From IMG/VR virus record IMGVR_UViG_3300050015_000092, positions 1 through 26,483 of that record: DNA of 26,483 nucleotides; one strand, given 5' to 3'. The notes beneath the pieces were generated by a model. The model was not told the origin of the DNA, did not search any database, and saw only the letters and a list, made by a program, of their open reading frames with translations. Source of the DNA: a virus. Taxonomy: Duplodnaviria; Caudoviricetes. Shown one piece after another: positions 17,132-26,183 of this stretch. The translations under genes and the position numbers were made by a program. Position 1 is the stretch's first letter; each line of letters starts with the position of its first letter.

Positions 17132-17764
17132 ATGTCTTCTCCAGATAACCTTATAAAAGACTCTGATCGACCATTCGATATGATAACGTATATGGACCAT
17201 GGCAGTTTAGTGATTCCAGCTGGCGGTGGGTTAGGGGCTACTATGTCAGTTCCGCACTCGCGGCTATTTACGCCATTGCCAGTAGGAACATGGTCTACCG
17301 ATCCAGTCTTTTCTACTAGCAAAGAGTGTTTCTTTTCTGGTTGGGAAGGTGTTGATCCAAATCTTCCGTATGTTACGGTAAAAACTGATAGTACCAATCT
17401 GGTTGTCAGTGGGCTTAACCCCACTGGCGCTGACATCGTCGCTTACTGGCGTGTTTATGGGTTTATGCCTAGTGATGTGAATGTTGATGCCCCTTATACA
17501 GCATCTTTGGCTGATAAATTCCAATCCAACAGTGATTACAACTACACTAAGTTACTACTTCCTGGAGTTGCGCTGGCGGGCACGTCACCTACAGTTCATC
17601 ATGGTCTTGGGAAACGCCCTCAAGTTCTTGCTTGGATTAAATCAGGTGGGTATATTGAACAATTAAATGTTAGCGGGTATGTGAAAGCCAATACTTCAGA
17701 TGTAATAATAATTAACCCAAGTAATGATATTCATTATCGGATATATGCGGATTCGCAATTATGA
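17132..17764 (+). CDS. Putative minor tail protein (210 aa)
   Basis: AGGAGG SD; beta-rich; HGLGKRP motif. Confidence 0.55.
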   Translation: MSSPDNLIKDSDRPFDMITYMDHGSLVIPAGGGLGATMSVPHSRLFTPLPVGTWSTDPVFSTSKECFFSGWEGVDPNLPYVTVKTDSTNLVVSGLNPTGADIVAYWRVYGFMPSDVNVDAPYTASLADKFQSNSDYNYTKLLLPGVALAGTSPTVHHGLGKRPQVLAWIKSGGYIEQLNVSGYVKANTSDVIIINPSNDIHYRIYADSQL

Positions 17765-18195
17765 CAAAACCTAATAATTTTATATTTAATTCTGACTATG
17801 CATCGTTGAAGAATGATGATAAAAAATCAGCCAGTATTTACATAGGCGACAGTGGTGTTTTAGCCACTGGGGCAAGTAAGGTATATGAATCATTTTTGAC
17901 AGTTGGTACTACTAACGCTGGTGTCAGAGGACAAATGTCATCTGATTTAGCACCTAGTGATGTATGGTGCTCTTTAGGTATGTTAGCCCCGGTTACAGTG
18001 ACGGTTTATTCGGGCGGAGTGCCAGTTGATAGTTTTTCTTATAATCTTCCAGTAGTAATCGAACGTGTTTCAGCTACTGTTATACGTTTGTACGCCATAT
18101 TTTATAGTTACGGTGAAGGTGTGGATATGCAGATTACTAGCGGATTTCAGACAATAACAGCTGATGTGGTGACATTTTTATCGCCATTCAATTAG
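17761..18195 (+). CDS. Putative minor tail protein (144 aa)
   Basis: ATGA-coupled; FNSDY motif shared with the preceding protein. Confidence 0.55.
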   Translation: MTKPNNFIFNSDYASLKNDDKKSASIYIGDSGVLATGASKVYESFLTVGTTNAGVRGQMSSDLAPSDVWCSLGMLAPVTVTVYSGGVPVDSFSYNLPVVIERVSATVIRLYAIFYSYGEGVDMQITSGFQTITADVVTFLSPFN

Positions 18196-18209
18196 AGTAA
18201 AATATAAGT

Positions 18210-18223
18210 ATATGTGATAAAAT
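18210..18223 (+). promoter_or_regulatory. Extended -10 promoter ATATGTGATAAAAT (13/14 match to 22740-22753)
   Basis: Intergenic, upstream of AAGGA and ATG 18250. Confidence 0.6.
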
Positions 18224-18249
18224 TGATAATATAAAGGAATAAAACAAAA

Positions 18250-19005
18250 ATGGCAGCACCAACAGTTCAAGCAGTAAACGACATTGTGAATCAACTTACG
18301 GCAGCTTATAAGCCACAGGCTGATATTATTGATAATTCCATCGCTTCAAACAACGCTTCCGGAGCTGATCAGATTGCCGGTTTAGATGCTAAGAAAACAA
18401 CTGCGTTTAAGACTATTGATCAGAATGCTAACAACCGAGGAATGTATTTCTCAGGGTTCCGCCCAAATGAACAAGCTAATTACACTGGTGGTACTTACTT
18501 ACCAGCCCTTGCTAACCTTCAAAATACTATTGCTGCGACTCGCGAATCGTTACTTGGTAAAAAAGCTGACCTTGCTACTGGTACGAATACCCAAGCTATC
18601 ACTATTAATAATCAAGAAAAATCTGCTTATCAACAATGGCAAGATGCTCAGGATGCCGCTGCACGAGCTGAGGCTAATCAGGCTACACAAAATGCCTTTA
18701 CTGCATCTGAGAATGCCAAGAATCGTGCTGCAAGCGCTGCAGCATCAGCCGCTTCGATTGACCCAGCCAAAGGTTATGGTATGAGCCATAATACTAATGG
18801 CGGTCTGGAATTTCATGGACCTAATGGTTCTCCTGTCACCCTTGCTCAATACGCTTCTGTTACTGGTACTCCTATTGCTAACTTGTTGGCTGCATCTGGT
18901 GATGCAACTGATGCTAAGATTCTTAAAGCCTGGAACGCAACCAATGGAGATCCAAACAAGTTGGCCAAATTGGCTGGACAATATAGTTACGTCTTTGGGA
19001 GTTAA
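18250..19005 (+). CDS. Internal virion/ejection protein (251 aa)
   Basis: A/N/Q-rich helical protein with an ANNRGMYFSG motif, upstream of the large ejection protein. Confidence 0.65.
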   Translation: MAAPTVQAVNDIVNQLTAAYKPQADIIDNSIASNNASGADQIAGLDAKKTTAFKTIDQNANNRGMYFSGFRPNEQANYTGGTYLPALANLQNTIAATRESLLGKKADLATGTNTQAITINNQEKSAYQQWQDAQDAAARAEANQATQNAFTASENAKNRAASAAASAASIDPAKGYGMSHNTNGGLEFHGPNGSPVTLAQYASVTGTPIANLLAASGDATDAKILKAWNATNGDPNKLAKLAGQYSYVFGS

Positions 19006-19008
19006 ACC

Positions 19009-22000
19009 ATGGGCATTGACTTAGCCGCAATGTATAAAGCCGGGGCATCGAGTGGGGGTGGTTCGTCGCCTAACCCACGTTTTAAGGGTACTAGTGGCCC
19101 TATTGACTTAGTTAATATGTATAAATCTGGCGATAACTCTTGGGGTGCTGCACAAGGCAGGAAACAACAACAAGATGAAACTTTTCAAACACTCAATGAT
19201 ATTGATCAAGGTAAACATAATGGTAAATTTACTGATCAACTAAAGATTATTATGGATGCTAGTAAAAGTGGCCTGATTAGTGATGGTGATAAGAAAAAGT
19301 TAGTTCAGGCCGCTATGGCTAAACAATCAGCTGATTTGGCTGATCAACAAGAAAAAAGTAAAACCGTACTTGATCATGTTATGGATGTTACATCCATTCC
19401 GGCTAAAATAGTTGTTGGTGTTGGTGATAGCGTTAACACATTCGGTAATGGTATCGCGGCCGATGTTAACTACGTTGCAAACGATATTAATGGCAATCAT
19501 AAGAAAACCCAAGATGCGGTTATTGCTCATACACTGGCTGCTCAAGATTTGACTCGTAAAGCCAATGCCGGCGGTCCATTAACACCAGAGTATAAAGCGA
19601 AATTACTTCGCCAAGTTCAGGCTGAGACCAATATGGCTAAAATTGCTAAGGATCAACAGACTGCTGACCACGCAGATGTTGCAACTAACGCGGACCCATG
19701 GAAGATGGCGGGTGCTGGTGGTAATATTCTCTTGAACGTTGCGATGCTTGGTACAGGTGGCGCAGCTGCGGAGGCTGGTAAAGCTGGAGTTGATTTAGCT
19801 ATTGAAGGTGGTTCGAAGTTAGCTCTTGAACAGATCGCTAAACAGGGTATTAAACAGGTTGCAATTGGTACCGTACAAGGCGGTTTAGGTAGTGGCGCTA
19901 GTGTTTTGGAACAAAAAGGTAAAGATACTACATGGAATGATTTAGCCCCTGCACTTGCTACCGGTGCGATTACAGGTGCGATATTTGCTGGTGGTTCATA
20001 TTTAGCTGGTAAAGGACTAGGTGCGATATTTAGTCACTTTAAGGCTAATAACGTGACCCCATCTGACGTGATGGCAATGACACCAGAGGATTATCAAAAA
20101 TCTATTTCTACTAAAACTGACGCGGTGCCATTAGACGTTGCTAAAACCGAACTGGGTCAAGTAAAGACTACGATTGCTGATACTGGTAAATCGGTTGATG
20201 GAATCAAACCAATTCCATTTGGTGATAAAACTGCTGCACCTACTGCAGTCCCAGAAGTTGCGCCTTCAACTGGCTCAAAGTCAATGTTTGAAGCTATCCC
20301 AACTGTCGCTGCTGGTGATGTGAAGGCTGCACCATTGGCCAAGCAATATATTAATGGTCAATATGATGAAATTGCTCAAAAAGTCAAAGTAGCCGGTGAT
20401 GCACTTGATAAACATGATACAGCGTTAATCCCGCAGATTGAGAACGCTAAAGCAATGAGTTCAACTGAAGCGGCCGCCCGAGTCGAAGCAATTGCTCAAC
20501 AGGCGCATAATCCTGAAGCATTTAAAACTGCTGTTGCGGCATTAAAAGAATTTGCTGACACTCGTCTCACAAACGATAAATTCCTTGGTCGCACCATGAA
20601 TGAACGTCAGAACTATCTATCTCGTTTCTACGAACGCCCTACAGGTGCTGCAGGAGAGGCGTTAGACCGTCTGAAACTCGTAAAGGGTGATAAGTTGCCT
20701 GGTTATGTTAAAGACCGTACAATCGCCACACAAGCCGAAGCAGAGGCATTGGCCGCTATGAAGAACCCAGACGGTTCATTAATGTACCCTCATTTGAAGT
20801 TACGAAATGCCAACGTCTTCGAAGATGCTCAACAGGCTATTTCTATGGCTAAATCAGATCATGGTAAACAGGCTATCAAATTGGCGTTAGAACAGGCTCA
20901 TCCAGGCGTAAAAATTGGTAATGGTCAAATTGGTTATGATGCCGGAACTGGCGTCACTTACAAAGCATTAACGATGCCAGGTGCCAAAGGGTTAAGCGCA
21001 CCAGAATCAATCGCTGACTTTTATAATCGTCGTGCTAATCCTGAAGTTCCAAAAGATATATTTGGTATTAAATTAAAAGATGGCAACATAGTTCCAGTTC
21101 GGGATAACGAAATAATCCAACAGTTGAAAGCCACTGGTGGCCAACTGGTTGACCCTGCAACCGGCAAATCATTACACAGTAATATTGTTTCGCGAGCATT
21201 ACGTTCGGCCGAGAAACATCCAGTAGGGGCTTATGACACGATAAACGCTAATTTGAAGTACTCAATTCTTGGTGGTGGTACATTCCATGCCGTTACGACG
21301 GCAGGATCGGTCGCAGGACAACAGGTAATGCGCGCTGTGGCTCATCCACTACAAATACCGGGCATGATTGGAGATAACGTTAAACTAGCCATAGGAACGC
21401 TCTCAAAGGCCTCACACGAAACCCAGATGGCTGATTATGTAGCAACTGGCCAAAAAGGATTTGCTGATATGGTTGGCGTTATAACGCGCGCTAAAGATAT
21501 TCTTGGAGATGCCAACGTCAATTGGTTAGATAAAGTTAAAGATTCTAGTGCGAATCCGATTAAAGCAATTCACGATATGGTATTCGATCGTCAAATCCCC
21601 GAAGCTAAGATGATGATTCTTAAACAATCGATGCTTAGTAAGTTTAAGGGAATGGATTTTCATGCGCCTACGGCTGAACAAGTTGCCTATGGACGTGATG
21701 TCGCTAGTGCAGTTAACAACCTTGGTGGTATCAATCGAGCCGTTGAAGGTTTGTCACCAAAAGTTGCTAAAAACTTGAGTCGTGTACTACTCGCCACTGA
21801 CTTTACAGAGGGTAAGTTCCGTATATTAGGGAATGCAGTTACTAGTCTAGGACCAAAGGGTAATATCGCGCGCCAAATGATTGTCGGTAAGAGTTTGTTA
21901 TTTGCTATCCCTGGGTTAACTGCAATGACTGTTGCTGGCAAATTGGATTGGAATAATGGAGACGAAGTACGGCAAGCAATTTGGAATCAATTAATGGATC

Positions 22001-22740
22001 CTAGTATTCCAGTAGATGAAAAGGGGTCAGCCAATAAGACTAATCCTAATGGTACAAACCAAGCGATTCACTTCCCAAGTACGTATTTATCTGAACTTGG
22101 TAAGATACTCAAACCGGCGCTCGATCCATTATCACCGAATAAGTTCCAGGGTGCGATTGATTACGCTACTAACCGTTCGGCTGCGGCCATTGGTGTTGGC
22201 AGCCGGTTAATCCAAAACAAAGACTTCTTTGGCAATCCTATATATGGGCAAGATGCCAATGGCAATGATATGACACCATTACAGGTTGCTGGCAACGTTG
22301 CTAATCAGGTATCACCTATTCCTTTGGTTCAGGGCGCAAAAACGGTCTTAAATGGACAAAATATCCGGGACTCAGCCCTGAACACCCTAGGGTTACGTGT
22401 CTCCAACGATGCCAACAGCGCCAGTGGTATTCATAGTGCCGCAGTCAACGATTTCTATAACACTTGGGGGATGGCTCAAAGCGCCAAATCTAAAGTTGTT
22501 AAACAAATTAATGCGTTAGTCGCATCAGGTAATACTAGCCAAGCTGTTCGTAAAGCTGAAGAGCACAATGCTACAATTGAAGGCCGCTTGAAACCGTTCA
22601 AAGATAAGTATTCTAGCCATTATAACCCAGCTTGGGACGATGAATTCAAAACACTCAACATATCTGTTAAACCTGGTGCTATGAAACAACGTTCTAAGGA
22701 CCTTCAATTAAATTCGAAATTGCTTAGTCCAGACTATTAA
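19009..22740 (+). CDS. Large internal virion/DNA ejection protein (1243 aa)
   Basis: Ala/Gly-rich helical composition, hydrophobic GA-rich segments, NKDFFGNPIY motif near the C-terminus; podovirus synteny. Confidence 0.7.
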   Translation: MGIDLAAMYKAGASSGGGSSPNPRFKGTSGPIDLVNMYKSGDNSWGAAQGRKQQQDETFQTLNDIDQGKHNGKFTDQLKIIMDASKSGLISDGDKKKLVQAAMAKQSADLADQQEKSKTVLDHVMDVTSIPAKIVVGVGDSVNTFGNGIAADVNYVANDINGNHKKTQDAVIAHTLAAQDLTRKANAGGPLTPEYKAKLLRQVQAETNMAKIAKDQQTADHADVATNADPWKMAGAGGNILLNVAMLGTGGAAAEAGKAGVDLAIEGGSKLALEQIAKQGIKQVAIGTVQGGLGSGASVLEQKGKDTTWNDLAPALATGAITGAIFAGGSYLAGKGLGAIFSHFKANNVTPSDVMAMTPEDYQKSISTKTDAVPLDVAKTELGQVKTTIADTGKSVDGIKPIPFGDKTAAPTAVPEVAPSTGSKSMFEAIPTVAAGDVKAAPLAKQYINGQYDEIAQKVKVAGDALDKHDTALIPQIENAKAMSSTEAAARVEAIAQQAHNPEAFKTAVAALKEFADTRLTNDKFLGRTMNERQNYLSRFYERPTGAAGEALDRLKLVKGDKLPGYVKDRTIATQAEAEALAAMKNPDGSLMYPHLKLRNANVFEDAQQAISMAKSDHGKQAIKLALEQAHPGVKIGNGQIGYDAGTGVTYKALTMPGAKGLSAPESIADFYNRRANPEVPKDIFGIKLKDGNIVPVRDNEIIQQLKATGGQLVDPATGKSLHSNIVSRALRSAEKHPVGAYDTINANLKYSILGGGTFHAVTTAGSVAGQQVMRAVAHPLQIPGMIGDNVKLAIGTLSKASHETQMADYVATGQKGFADMVGVITRAKDILGDANVNWLDKVKDSSANPIKAIHDMVFDRQIPEAKMMILKQSMLSKFKGMDFHAPTAEQVAYGRDVASAVNNLGGINRAVEGLSPKVAKNLSRVLLATDFTEGKFRILGNAVTSLGPKGNIARQMIVGKSLLFAIPGLTAMTVAGKLDWNNGDEVRQAIWNQLMDPSIPVDEKGSANKTNPNGTNQAIHFPSTYLSELGKILKPALDPLSPNKFQGAIDYATNRSAAAIGVGSRLIQNKDFFGNPIYGQDANGNDMTPLQVAGNVANQVSPIPLVQGAKTVLNGQNIRDSALNTLGLRVSNDANSASGIHSAAVNDFYNTWGMAQSAKSKVVKQINALVASGNTSQAVRKAEEHNATIEGRLKPFKDKYSSHYNPAWDDEFKTLNISVKPGAMKQRSKDLQLNSKLLSPDY

Positions 22741-22753
22741 TATGTGCTAAAAT
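22740..22753 (+). promoter_or_regulatory. Extended -10 promoter ATATGTGCTAAAAT
   Basis: Intergenic near-duplicate of 18210-18223, followed by a similar AAGGA...AAAACAAAAAT leader. Confidence 0.6.
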
Positions 22754-22781
22754 ATAAGAAGGAAAAAAGGAAAACAAAAAT

Positions 22782-23822
22782 ATGACATTAGTTTCGACAA
22801 CAGAACCAAGTGACGGTGATTCAGCTACAGCTGCTAGTGTTAACAACATGATTAATGCTATTTTGGCCGTTGTTAATGGCGGAATTGATCAAGATAATAT
22901 TGCCGATTTGTCAATCATTACATCTAAATTGGCTGCTTTATCTGTGACTGGTGCAAAGTTAGCCGCTAATACAGTTACGAATAATAAATTGGCTATACAA
23001 CCATCAGAAATGGTGTTCGATTATATCGCATCAGGTTGTGTATGGTCTGGTGATGCCTACGGTTCAACTAGGGTGGCTTCTTGTACATCCGGAGTTGTTT
23101 ACATAGGCGGTAAACGTCTAACGGTCGCTGCAGTTACCTCCCGAACATTTACTGCCTCTAAAGACGTTTATGATGATTTATTGGATAATGGCGACGATAC
23201 TGCCGTTCACGTTTATACTGATTATACAACTAACACTGCTTCACCAGCGCTCGCTGCTAACAGTATCAGATGTGGGATTATTGTTGTTGGTGCTTCAAAC
23301 ATTGCTGCTGCAACATCAGTTAACCAAGGTCAAGAGAGCATGCTTGTTCCGATTGCATCATCAATACCTTACGCTGTTACCGATTCATTGGGTAACTTAA
23401 TTTGTCCTAGAGACTCAAGTCGAAAACTATTAGGGTTCCGTCGCATTCTATCGACGTTCACTACTTCTGCCACTACCGAGACTGCTATCACAGGTTTGTC
23501 TGTCCCGGTAATAGTACCAACTGGTAGAAAAGTTACGGTATCTACCAATGTACCAACTATTCAGATGGCATCAGGTGCACCAAACTTAGGCGTTTTACGT
23601 CTATGGGACGGCGCGGTTGGAGGCGGTACTACTATTGGTGAAGCGCAGTGGCTGTTGATTAATAACACCACTGATACACAAGTAGCCAGCCCAATAGCGA
23701 CAGTTACCCCAGCTACAGCATCAAAAACTTATAATGTGTCTGTCTTTAACACTGGTGCATTTCTTAAAACATTTACCGCATCATCGACTAGACCATTATA
23801 TATAAAGGTTGAGTTAGAGTAG
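22782..23822 (+). CDS. Second tail fibre/spike-like protein (346 aa)
   Basis: ATAASVNN...VNGGID N-terminus, ITSKLA/VTGAKLA/VTNNKLA repeats, beta-rich C-terminal domain. Confidence 0.65.
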   Translation: MTLVSTTEPSDGDSATAASVNNMINAILAVVNGGIDQDNIADLSIITSKLAALSVTGAKLAANTVTNNKLAIQPSEMVFDYIASGCVWSGDAYGSTRVASCTSGVVYIGGKRLTVAAVTSRTFTASKDVYDDLLDNGDDTAVHVYTDYTTNTASPALAANSIRCGIIVVGASNIAAATSVNQGQESMLVPIASSIPYAVTDSLGNLICPRDSSRKLLGFRRILSTFTTSATTETAITGLSVPVIVPTGRKVTVSTNVPTIQMASGAPNLGVLRLWDGAVGGGTTIGEAQWLLINNTTDTQVASPIATVTPATASKTYNVSVFNTGAFLKTFTASSTRPLYIKVELE

Positions 23823-23859
23823 AACAGTATATAAAACAATATAATTCAAGAAAATAAAA

Positions 23860-24234
23860 ATGACTAAAAAATCACTAACTCCCGTACACCAAGAAGATAG
23901 CGATGAACGTAATGATCTTCGTAAAGAAGATATTCTAGCTTTAAAGTCGTTAAGCAATCAACAAAGGGATATTTCTAAAAAGTTGACTGACCACATCAGT
24001 CAGAACGAATTGGAAGCTATTGGTAATAAAAACTTTCGTGATAAATGGGACCCAATGTTGCCCGATTTATTGATAATTGTTAAAGAAAAAAAAGATAATT
24101 TAGTGTTCAATAAACGAGCTGCACAAATTGGTAGGTTGATTGTAGTAGTAGCGTTAGGTTTTACAACCGTTCTAGGTGCTGCTTATGGCGTATCTAGGTT
24201 AATAATTACTATGGGTGGGTTTGATCCCAAGTAA
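23860..24234 (+). CDS. Membrane-anchored lysis-cassette protein (single C-terminal TM; holin/antiholin-like)
   Basis: Charged N-terminal part plus LIVVVALGFTTVLGAAYGV; directly upstream of the endolysin. Confidence 0.55.
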   Translation: MTKKSLTPVHQEDSDERNDLRKEDILALKSLSNQQRDISKKLTDHISQNELEAIGNKNFRDKWDPMLPDLLIIVKEKKDNLVFNKRAAQIGRLIVVVALGFTTVLGAAYGVSRLIITMGGFDPK

Positions 24235-24242
24235 GGAATGAT

Positions 24243-25133
24243 ATGAACTATCAACAACTTGTAACTCCTAACCCAAACGTAATATATAGTCATTATGATG
24301 ATGATACCAAATCATATTACAAGGTAAACTGCTGGCCTGGTTGGTGTTTAGAGTACGTTGCTCAAACTTTTGGGGGTAAGTTTTCAAACCCACAACCAAA
24401 CGCAACTCTTGGCTTCGACGTCGCCCAATATAAACACACCGACTTACCGCCAAGTGGTATCTGGAGTGTTATCTGGTTTGCCGTTAAAGGTGTTTCAGAG
24501 GGCCATGTGGCTCTATCTGCACCCGATGGCACTGTTTACTCATCTAGCCACCCTACGTCGCATACCGCGACTCACCATCCGTCATTCCAAGCATTGTTGA
24601 ATTATTATGGTGGGATATTAACCTATCGTGGTTGGACTGAAGATTTACAAGGATTAAGAATAATAGAAGGAGGAAATATGCAATTAAATAAAACTGCATG
24701 GCAAGAACTAGCTCATGGGATATTAGGTAGGAACGGTCTATCGGGTCGATCCAACGCTTTGGATGGTTCGAGTGATAATTCAGACTATATCGGTAGGGAA
24801 TTAGACCTCGACCTCATAAATGAACTGTTTATCTCGGATGAAGCTAAGAAATGGCGAGACAGCAATGACTACGGTTCGGTACCAGATATTAACAAACGGC
24901 TTGTTTCTGTAAGTACAGTTCAGCAACAACTTACAGACGCGCAAACAAAAAACGTTGGATTGACGCAGAACCTATCAGACCAAAATGCTCAATTAGATGT
25001 CGCCCACAAACAGATCGCAGAACTACAAAATGAACTCGGTCAAAAACCAGCACCAATAGCTCCGGACCAAACGCCACCACCTAAAGTTAGTTTTTGGCAG
25101 ATGATAATAAACCTATTTACAAGGAGTAAATAA
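24243..25133 (+). CDS. Endolysin with CHAP/NlpC-like Cys-His peptidase domain and coiled-coil C-terminus
   Basis: GWCLEYV (Cys), GHVAL (His), YRGWTEDL; lies between a membrane protein and a holin. Confidence 0.78.
   Translation: MNYQQLVTPNPNVIYSHYDDDTKSYYKVNCWPGWCLEYVAQTFGGKFSNPQPNATLGFDVAQYKHTDLPPSGIWSVIWFAVKGVSEGHVALSAPDGTVYSSSHPTSHTATHHPSFQALLNYYGGILTYRGWTEDLQGLRIIEGGNMQLNKTAWQELAHGILGRNGLSGRSNALDGSSDNSDYIGRELDLDLINELFISDEAKKWRDSNDYGSVPDINKRLVSVSTVQQQLTDAQTKNVGLTQNLSDQNAQLDVAHKQIAELQNELGQKPAPIAPDQTPPPKVSFWQMIINLFTRSK
24678..25133 (+). CDS. Predicted in-frame internal-start product of the endolysin (151 aa)
   Basis: AGAAGGAGG-aaat-ATG exactly at the end of the catalytic domain (codon 146). 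Confidence 0.55.
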   Translation: MQLNKTAWQELAHGILGRNGLSGRSNALDGSSDNSDYIGRELDLDLINELFISDEAKKWRDSNDYGSVPDINKRLVSVSTVQQQLTDAQTKNVGLTQNLSDQNAQLDVAHKQIAELQNELGQKPAPIAPDQTPPPKVSFWQMIINLFTRSK

Positions 25134-25137
25134 TAAG

Positions 25138-25410
25138 ATGGAAAAATTAAAACAAATACTGAACAGTGTACGATTATTCGTCAATGCTCATCCAATACTA
25201 AGTAAAGCTGCGCATACGTTTTGGCAGGCGTTTTTGAGCTTTATAGTGATTGGTGCGACACCAATAATAACCTTAGTCACGAACGGTCAAATAAAGGAGG
25301 GTTTCTATGCGGCCCTTGCTCTTGTCATTGCTAGTGCTGCTGCTGGGTTGTCTGCTGCTAAAGGCGCTATCAAATCATATATACAAACGAAAATAAACAC
25401 CGAGGTCTAA
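25138..25410 (+). CDS. Holin (2 TM, r1t-like)
   Basis: AAGGAG upstream; KAAHTFWQAFL motif, two hydrophobic helices, basic C-terminus; follows the endolysin. Confidence 0.72.
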   Translation: MEKLKQILNSVRLFVNAHPILSKAAHTFWQAFLSFIVIGATPIITLVTNGQIKEGFYAALALVIASAAAGLSAAKGAIKSYIQTKINTEV

Positions 25411-25411
25411 C

Positions 25412-25672
25412 ATGATTGACTATGAAGGTGAACACATCGGCCATACTTTGTACAGAGAGATAATACGTCTCCCCCGCGAGCAAGTTCCAGAGAATTGGGA
25501 TGGTATTTATACCCTACGTGATCTCGAACTAGCTGAATGTGCCGGAGAAATATCCAGAGATTCTATAAATACCCGCATTACTGGTGCATTAGCACTACGA
25601 CAATTCAATGCACAAGTTTCTGATTCTGTTGAAGCCATAAAGGCCGCCAACGAACTGAGCGTAGAGGATTGA
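25412..25672 (+). CDS. Hypothetical protein (86 aa)
   Basis: GAGGT SD; starts 1 nt after the holin stop. Confidence 0.7.
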   Translation: MIDYEGEHIGHTLYREIIRLPREQVPENWDGIYTLRDLELAECAGEISRDSINTRITGALALRQFNAQVSDSVEAIKAANELSVED

Positions 25673-25675
25673 CCC

Positions 25676-26152
25676 ATGTTCCGCGAAATGCGCTGGCCCA
25701 CCGATGAGAGTGGGCTGGCTCTTCACTCAGACTATGTACTAGAAGATGCTCCGGCCCCACGCGGACACGAAACAAACACACACCATTTGCAGCACCCTGG
25801 AGCCGAGTATGAGCATTATAGGGTCCAACAACGTAAAGTTGGTGCTGTGGTACTGTTTCTGTGCTTACGCGACCTCCAGACGCGTCAGGACGTCATTCCG
25901 GTTAACCAACATGAATGGATCAACGATATGTTCATGCCGCCAAAAATGTTGAGTGAGGTCCAAGCTTACGAAGAACTGGAACGTGCCTTTTTCGCGAAGG
26001 AATGTTTTCGTAAACGAATGACTAAAAAACAGATGGCCAAGCATGGTTATAAACATGATGTTGGTGCCTATGCTTTAGTGCCATTCACAGAAGATAAATT
26101 ATTGCAGTGCAAACAGGATTGTGATATGTTGATAAGACTGCGCGCAAATTAA
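25676..26152 (+). CDS. Hypothetical His-motif protein (158 aa)
   Basis: GAGGA SD; NTHHLQHP and QHEWIN...PP motifs; ends at a terminator. Confidence 0.7.
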   Translation: MFREMRWPTDESGLALHSDYVLEDAPAPRGHETNTHHLQHPGAEYEHYRVQQRKVGAVVLFLCLRDLQTRQDVIPVNQHEWINDMFMPPKMLSEVQAYEELERAFFAKECFRKRMTKKQMAKHGYKHDVGAYALVPFTEDKLLQCKQDCDMLIRLRAN

Positions 26153-26183
26153 TAACCCCCATTTCAGGGGGTTATTGTTGTTT
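26151..26183. terminator. Intrinsic terminator, probably bidirectional
   Basis: aataaccccc-atttca-gggggttatt, a perfect 10-bp stem between convergent genes. Confidence 0.85.

Noticed and set aside
19009-22740. Tape measure protein call for the 1243-aa ORF
   Set aside because: No tail tube, sheath or tail assembly chaperone genes, and the adaptor/nozzle context indicates an ejection protein.
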